Shown here: positions 60,586-64,000 of the stretch, piece after piece | Layout of the letters: each line of letters begins with the position of its first letter | Numbering within the stretch: the first letter of the stretch is position 1 | DNA from: an uncultured Chloroflexia bacterium | GTDB taxonomy: Bacteria; Chloroflexota; Limnocylindria; Limnocylindrales; CSP1-4 | Assembly: GCA_963728635.1 (NCBI GenBank) | Contig: CAVSKR010000002.1 | Coordinates: 365,053-429,052 of the forward strand | DNA: 64,000 bases | Direction: 5' to 3' | Notes under the pieces: generated by a model | Database searches by the model: none | What the model saw: the letters and a program-made list of their open reading frames with translations, nothing else | Told to the model about the DNA's origin: nothing | Program-made: the position numbers and the translations under genes

Positions 60586-60621
60586 CGAGCCGGCCGCGCT
60601 GGCGCGGGTACCATCGGGCCC

Positions 60622-62583
60622 ATGCCGCGTCGCGTCGCCCGAACCGATCCGCCGCCTCTCGCCGCCCAAGCGGAAGCCGATTTCGCGGACGCCGCCGGGT
60701 CGATCGCCGGCGAGGACGGTGACGCCGACCTCGCCGATGTCGACCTGCGCGCCAGCGATGAGGACGAGCCGAGCCGCGACCTGACGAACGGCGACCTCGC
60801 ACGGATCTTCCACGACATCGGCGACATGCTCGAGGTCAAGGGCGAGCTGTCGTTCAAGACCGTGGCCTATCACCGGGCGGCGGACGCGATCGGGCGAAGC
60901 CCGGTCGACCTCGTTGCCGCCTACCGCGACGGTCAGGCGCCGAAGATCCCCGGCGTCGGCCCCGCGATCAGCGACAAGATGGCCGAGATCGCGACGACGG
61001 GACGGATGGCCTATTACGACAAGCTCATCGCGGAGGTCCCGCCGAGCCTGGTCAACCTCCTCCGGATCCCGGGGCTCGGTCCGAAGACCGTCCGCCAGAT
61101 CTGGCTCGAGCTCGGGATCCTGTCGATGGAAGACCTCCGCACGGCGGCCGAGGCGGGCACGCTGCGCGGTTTGCGTGGCCTCTCGGAGCGGACGGAGCAG
61201 CTCATCCTCGAGGGAATCACCCGTCTCGAGTCCGCGCCGCGGCGCATGCTGCTCCATCGGGCGGAGGCAATCATCCTCGGGCTGATGGAGGCGCTGACCG
61301 ACGCGCCGGGCTTGCGCACGATCGAACCCGCCGGGTCGTTTCGTCGTCGCCGCGAGTCGATCGGCGATCTCGACCTGCTCGCCGAGACCGACGACGGGCC
61401 CGGTCTCATCCAGCGATTCACCACGCTGGGCGTCGTGGATCAGGTTCTGAACAAGGGCGGGTACAAGGCGGCCGTGCGGCTCCTGCGCGGCCCGCAGGTC
61501 GACCTCATGGTCATGTCGCCCGGGACCGCGGGCACGTACCGCATCCACTTCACGGGCTCGAAGGAGCACAACGTCCGCATCCGCGAGCGAGCCCGCGACC
61601 AGGGCTGGAGCCTGTCGGAGAAGGGCTTCCTGCGGATCGGCGAGGACGGCGAGCCGCTGACCGGTGACGCCGCGGAGCTGCGCACGTTCGCCACGGAAGA
61701 GGAGGCGTACGCGTTCCTCGGCCTGCCCTTCATCGAACCTGAGCTGCGCGAGGACGAAGGCGAGATCGAGGCGGCGCTCGCGGGGGCGCTGCCGCGGCTC
61801 ATCTCACTCGAGGACCTGACCGGCGACCTGCACAGCCATTCCGACTGGTCCGATGGGACGCACAGCATCGAGGTGATGGCCGAAACCGCTCGTCGTCGCG
61901 GGCACGCCTACCAGGTGCTGACGGATCACAGCCAGTCGTTGGCCATCGCCCGCGGTCTCACGCCCGACCGGGTCGAAGAGCAGCGCTCGATCATCGCTGC
62001 TCTCAACGCACGCTACGCCCAGGAGGAGGCAGAGGGGACCGCTCCGCCGGAGACGCCGCCGGAAGGCTTCCGCCTCCTCCACGGGTGCGAGCTCGAAATC
62101 CGCGCCGACGGCGCGCTCGACTACCCGGATGAGCTGCTCGAGCGGTTCGACCTCGTCGTCGCGTCGGTGCACGTCGCGCGGCGACAGTCGAGGGCGGAGC
62201 TCACGCGACGGACGCTCAACGGCATCAGGAGCCCGCATGTCGACGTGATCGCCCACCCGTCAGGTCGGATGATCGGCACGCGCGACGACCTCGACCTCGA
62301 TTGGGACACCGTCTACGCCGAGGCCGCGCGGACCGGCACGGTGCTCGAGATGAACGGGTCGCCCCACCGTCTCGACCTCGCGGTCGAGCGAGCGCGGCGG
62401 GCCGTCGCCATGGGCTGCGTCCTGTCGATCGACTCCGATGCGCACAAGATCGCGGAGTTCGACCATCTGCGTTGGGGCGTCAGCCAGGCCCGCCGGGCGT
62501 GGGTTGAGCCCGGACATCTCCTCAACACCCGCTCCCGGGCCGATGTGCTGGCCTGGGTCGCCGGCAAGCCGGCGCGCGTATGA
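60622..62583 (+). CDS. polX: DNA polymerase X with PHP 3'-5' exonuclease domain
   Basis: HhH IPGVG/IPGLG, GSFRR, GDLD, FTGSKEHN; PHP DLHSHS, TDHS, AHP, DSDAH. Confidence 0.96.
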   Translation: MPRRVARTDPPPLAAQAEADFADAAGSIAGEDGDADLADVDLRASDEDEPSRDLTNGDLARIFHDIGDMLEVKGELSFKTVAYHRAADAIGRSPVDLVAAYRDGQAPKIPGVGPAISDKMAEIATTGRMAYYDKLIAEVPPSLVNLLRIPGLGPKTVRQIWLELGILSMEDLRTAAEAGTLRGLRGLSERTEQLILEGITRLESAPRRMLLHRAEAIILGLMEALTDAPGLRTIEPAGSFRRRRESIGDLDLLAETDDGPGLIQRFTTLGVVDQVLNKGGYKAAVRLLRGPQVDLMVMSPGTAGTYRIHFTGSKEHNVRIRERARDQGWSLSEKGFLRIGEDGEPLTGDAAELRTFATEEEAYAFLGLPFIEPELREDEGEIEAALAGALPRLISLEDLTGDLHSHSDWSDGTHSIEVMAETARRRGHAYQVLTDHSQSLAIARGLTPDRVEEQRSIIAALNARYAQEEAEGTAPPETPPEGFRLLHGCELEIRADGALDYPDELLERFDLVVASVHVARRQSRAELTRRTLNGIRSPHVDVIAHPSGRMIGTRDDLDLDWDTVYAEAARTGTVLEMNGSPHRLDLAVERARRAVAMGCVLSIDSDAHKIAEFDHLRWGVSQARRAWVEPGHLLNTRSRADVLAWVAGKPARV

Positions 62584-63440
62584 GCGCGATCGGGACGCGT
62601 ACCATCGCGGCGATGCAGGACGACAGGGCCGGCCGCCGCGACCTCGCGCTGGCCGCGGTCACGATCGTCGGCTTGTCGCGTCTGATCGAGCCGCCCGGCG
62701 TGTGGTTCGTCGCGATCTTCCTGCTTGGCGCGATCATCCTCGGCAGCCTCCAGGTCCTCAACGACGAAGCCGCCGATACGGATAGCCACGCCCTCGGTAT
62801 CCCGATCGAGTCGCTGATCCTGCCGGCCGTGGCCGCGGTCGCGTGCCTCGGCGCGATCCGTCTTGTGCCGTTCGGGCTGGGGCTCGTGCCGGCACTCGCC
62901 GTGACCGGCATCATCGTGGAGCGCTGCCTGGCGCTCGAGGCACGCATCCTCGCCTCGCCGGCGGGGCTCGACGACGACGGGCGCACGCGGGTCCTGGTCA
63001 CGACGCTGATCGTGGGGTTCCTCGCGTTCGTCGGAGTGGCCGCAACCGTGCCGGGTGGGCTCGTCCAGCCCGGAGCGAGTGGGGTGGCCGGTCTGCCTCT
63101 GCCGCGGCGAGACCTGCTCGTGCTCGCCGCAGGGGATGCCGCGGTCGCGTTCCTGCTCGGCTACCGGGCGGCCGCCCTCCGTGTCATGAGCCTGCGCGAC
63201 GCGCTGTGGTCCGCGGCCACGTACGGCATCGCGATCGCGATCGCGGCCGCGGCGTTCCGCTTCGTCCAGATCCCGCGGCTGATGGGTCCGGCGCTGCTCA
63301 CATTGACCTTCTACCTGTGGGACGCGTTCCACGCTGCCAGCCCGTCCCGCCGTCGCGATGTCCGCTGGCTGTGGCAGACGATCCTCCTGGCGATCCTCGG
63401 GCTCGTCGTGATCGGGCTGAATCTCATGGTCAGGGAGTAG
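62580..63440 (+). CDS. Hypothetical multi-pass membrane protein
   Basis: About eight hydrophobic segments; ATGA-type overlap with polX. Confidence 0.75.
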   Translation: MSAIGTRTIAAMQDDRAGRRDLALAAVTIVGLSRLIEPPGVWFVAIFLLGAIILGSLQVLNDEAADTDSHALGIPIESLILPAVAAVACLGAIRLVPFGLGLVPALAVTGIIVERCLALEARILASPAGLDDDGRTRVLVTTLIVGFLAFVGVAATVPGGLVQPGASGVAGLPLPRRDLLVLAAGDAAVAFLLGYRAAALRVMSLRDALWSAATYGIAIAIAAAAFRFVQIPRLMGPALLTLTFYLWDAFHAASPSRRRDVRWLWQTILLAILGLVVIGLNLMVRE

Positions 63441-63459
63441 GCACGCCGAGCCGCCGCGT

Positions 63460-63488
63460 TTGACGGCACGGGCATCCGATGCTAGAAA
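63460..63488 (+). promoter_or_regulatory. Sigma70-type promoter of TPR gene
   Basis: TTGACG-17 nt-TAGAAA. Confidence 0.55.
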
Positions 63489-63578
63489 GCGATGCCCGAC
63501 CACCCGCTCTCCCGACCCTGATCCGAGGCTGCATCCGACGCGCCCGGGTCATCGCGCCCCCGAAAGGACGACCCGCCC

Positions 63579-64000
63579 GTGACCTTCCCCGATGTCGAGA
63601 CGACCCCGCAGAGTCCGGTCAACCTGACCAGGACGAAGCGCCAGCTGGCCGAACAGGCCATCACGCAGGCCTCCGCCGCACAATGGGAGGAGGCGGCCGA
63701 TACCAACCGCAAGCTCCTCGAGCTCGGTGCCGATGCCGAAGCGGAGAACCGCCTGGCCAAGGCCCTGTGGGAGCTCGGCATGCTGGCCGAGGCGCGCGAG
63801 CACTATCAGACGGCGCTCGCCCTCGACCCCACCAACCGCATCGCCGAGCGCAACATCGACCGGCTCAAAGTCCTCCTGAATGCCGCCGGCGAGCGGACGG
63901 TCGCCGCGGCCGAGGGCAGCAAGGCGCCCGTCAGCATCTTCGTCGAAGAGACCGGCAAGACCGGTTTCGCGTTCCTGACCGACCTCGCCAACCCCAAGGA
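63579..64000 (+). CDS. Tetratricopeptide repeat protein (3' truncated)
   Basis: GAAAGGA SD plus GTG; ENRLAKALWELG...YQTALALDPTNRIA; FVEETGKT; open to window end. Confidence 0.8.
   Translation, partial: MTFPDVETTPQSPVNLTRTKRQLAEQAITQASAAQWEEAADTNRKLLELGADAEAENRLAKALWELGMLAEAREHYQTALALDPTNRIAERNIDRLKVLLNAAGERTVAAAEGSKAPVSIFVEETGKTGFAFLTDLANPK

Noticed and set aside
60622-62583. polX as a degenerate or defence/mobile-associated polymerase
   Set aside because: Catalytic DxD and PHP ligands are canonical; no Ku, LigD, integrase or defence genes nearby.

Overview
A GC-rich (about 70% by eye), gene-dense bacterial chromosomal segment. Gene content suggests Chloroflexota, possibly a Limnocylindria-like lineage; this is an inference from small conserved proteins, not a database result. 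Contents in order: S9 peptidase (5' truncated), metK, a polyamine ABC operon with a divergent XRE-cupin regulator, a C39-like secreted protein, manC/phosphomannomutase/cupin, a SWIM zinc-finger gene, a three-gene exported-protein operon, a cobalamin riboswitch ahead of btuFCD-cobSUTC, arginase-family and aminotransferase genes, a Pro/Thr-repeat surface protein coupled to a membrane GGDEF-EAL protein, surE/AI-2E/trpS, a BMP-type nucleoside ABC operon with a cytosine deaminase, an MFS transporter, hom-thrC-thrB and aspartate kinase, a 12-gene birA-ECF sigma-acc-fab operon, two GAF-GGDEF cyclases, polX, a membrane protein and a 3' truncated TPR gene. I saw no rRNA, tRNA, CRISPR array or mobile element. 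Clustered frameshifts (about 2.9-6.3 kb, 20.5, 25.6, 40.75 and 55.5-57.9 kb) look like long-read errors. Top leads: (1) a full-length BCCP paralog that lacks the biotinylated lysine, sits between accDA and accC while the real accB lies downstream, and resembles plant BADC regulators; (2) a cobalamin riboswitch that appears to control a 5-codon leader ORF abutting a terminator hairpin; (3) a surface protein plus c-di-GMP enzyme pair with a candidate C-terminal sorting motif; (4) an ECF sigma/anti-sigma pair and a metallophosphoesterase translationally coupled inside the fatty-acid operon; (5) a metzincin-like protein with a DExxH motif.
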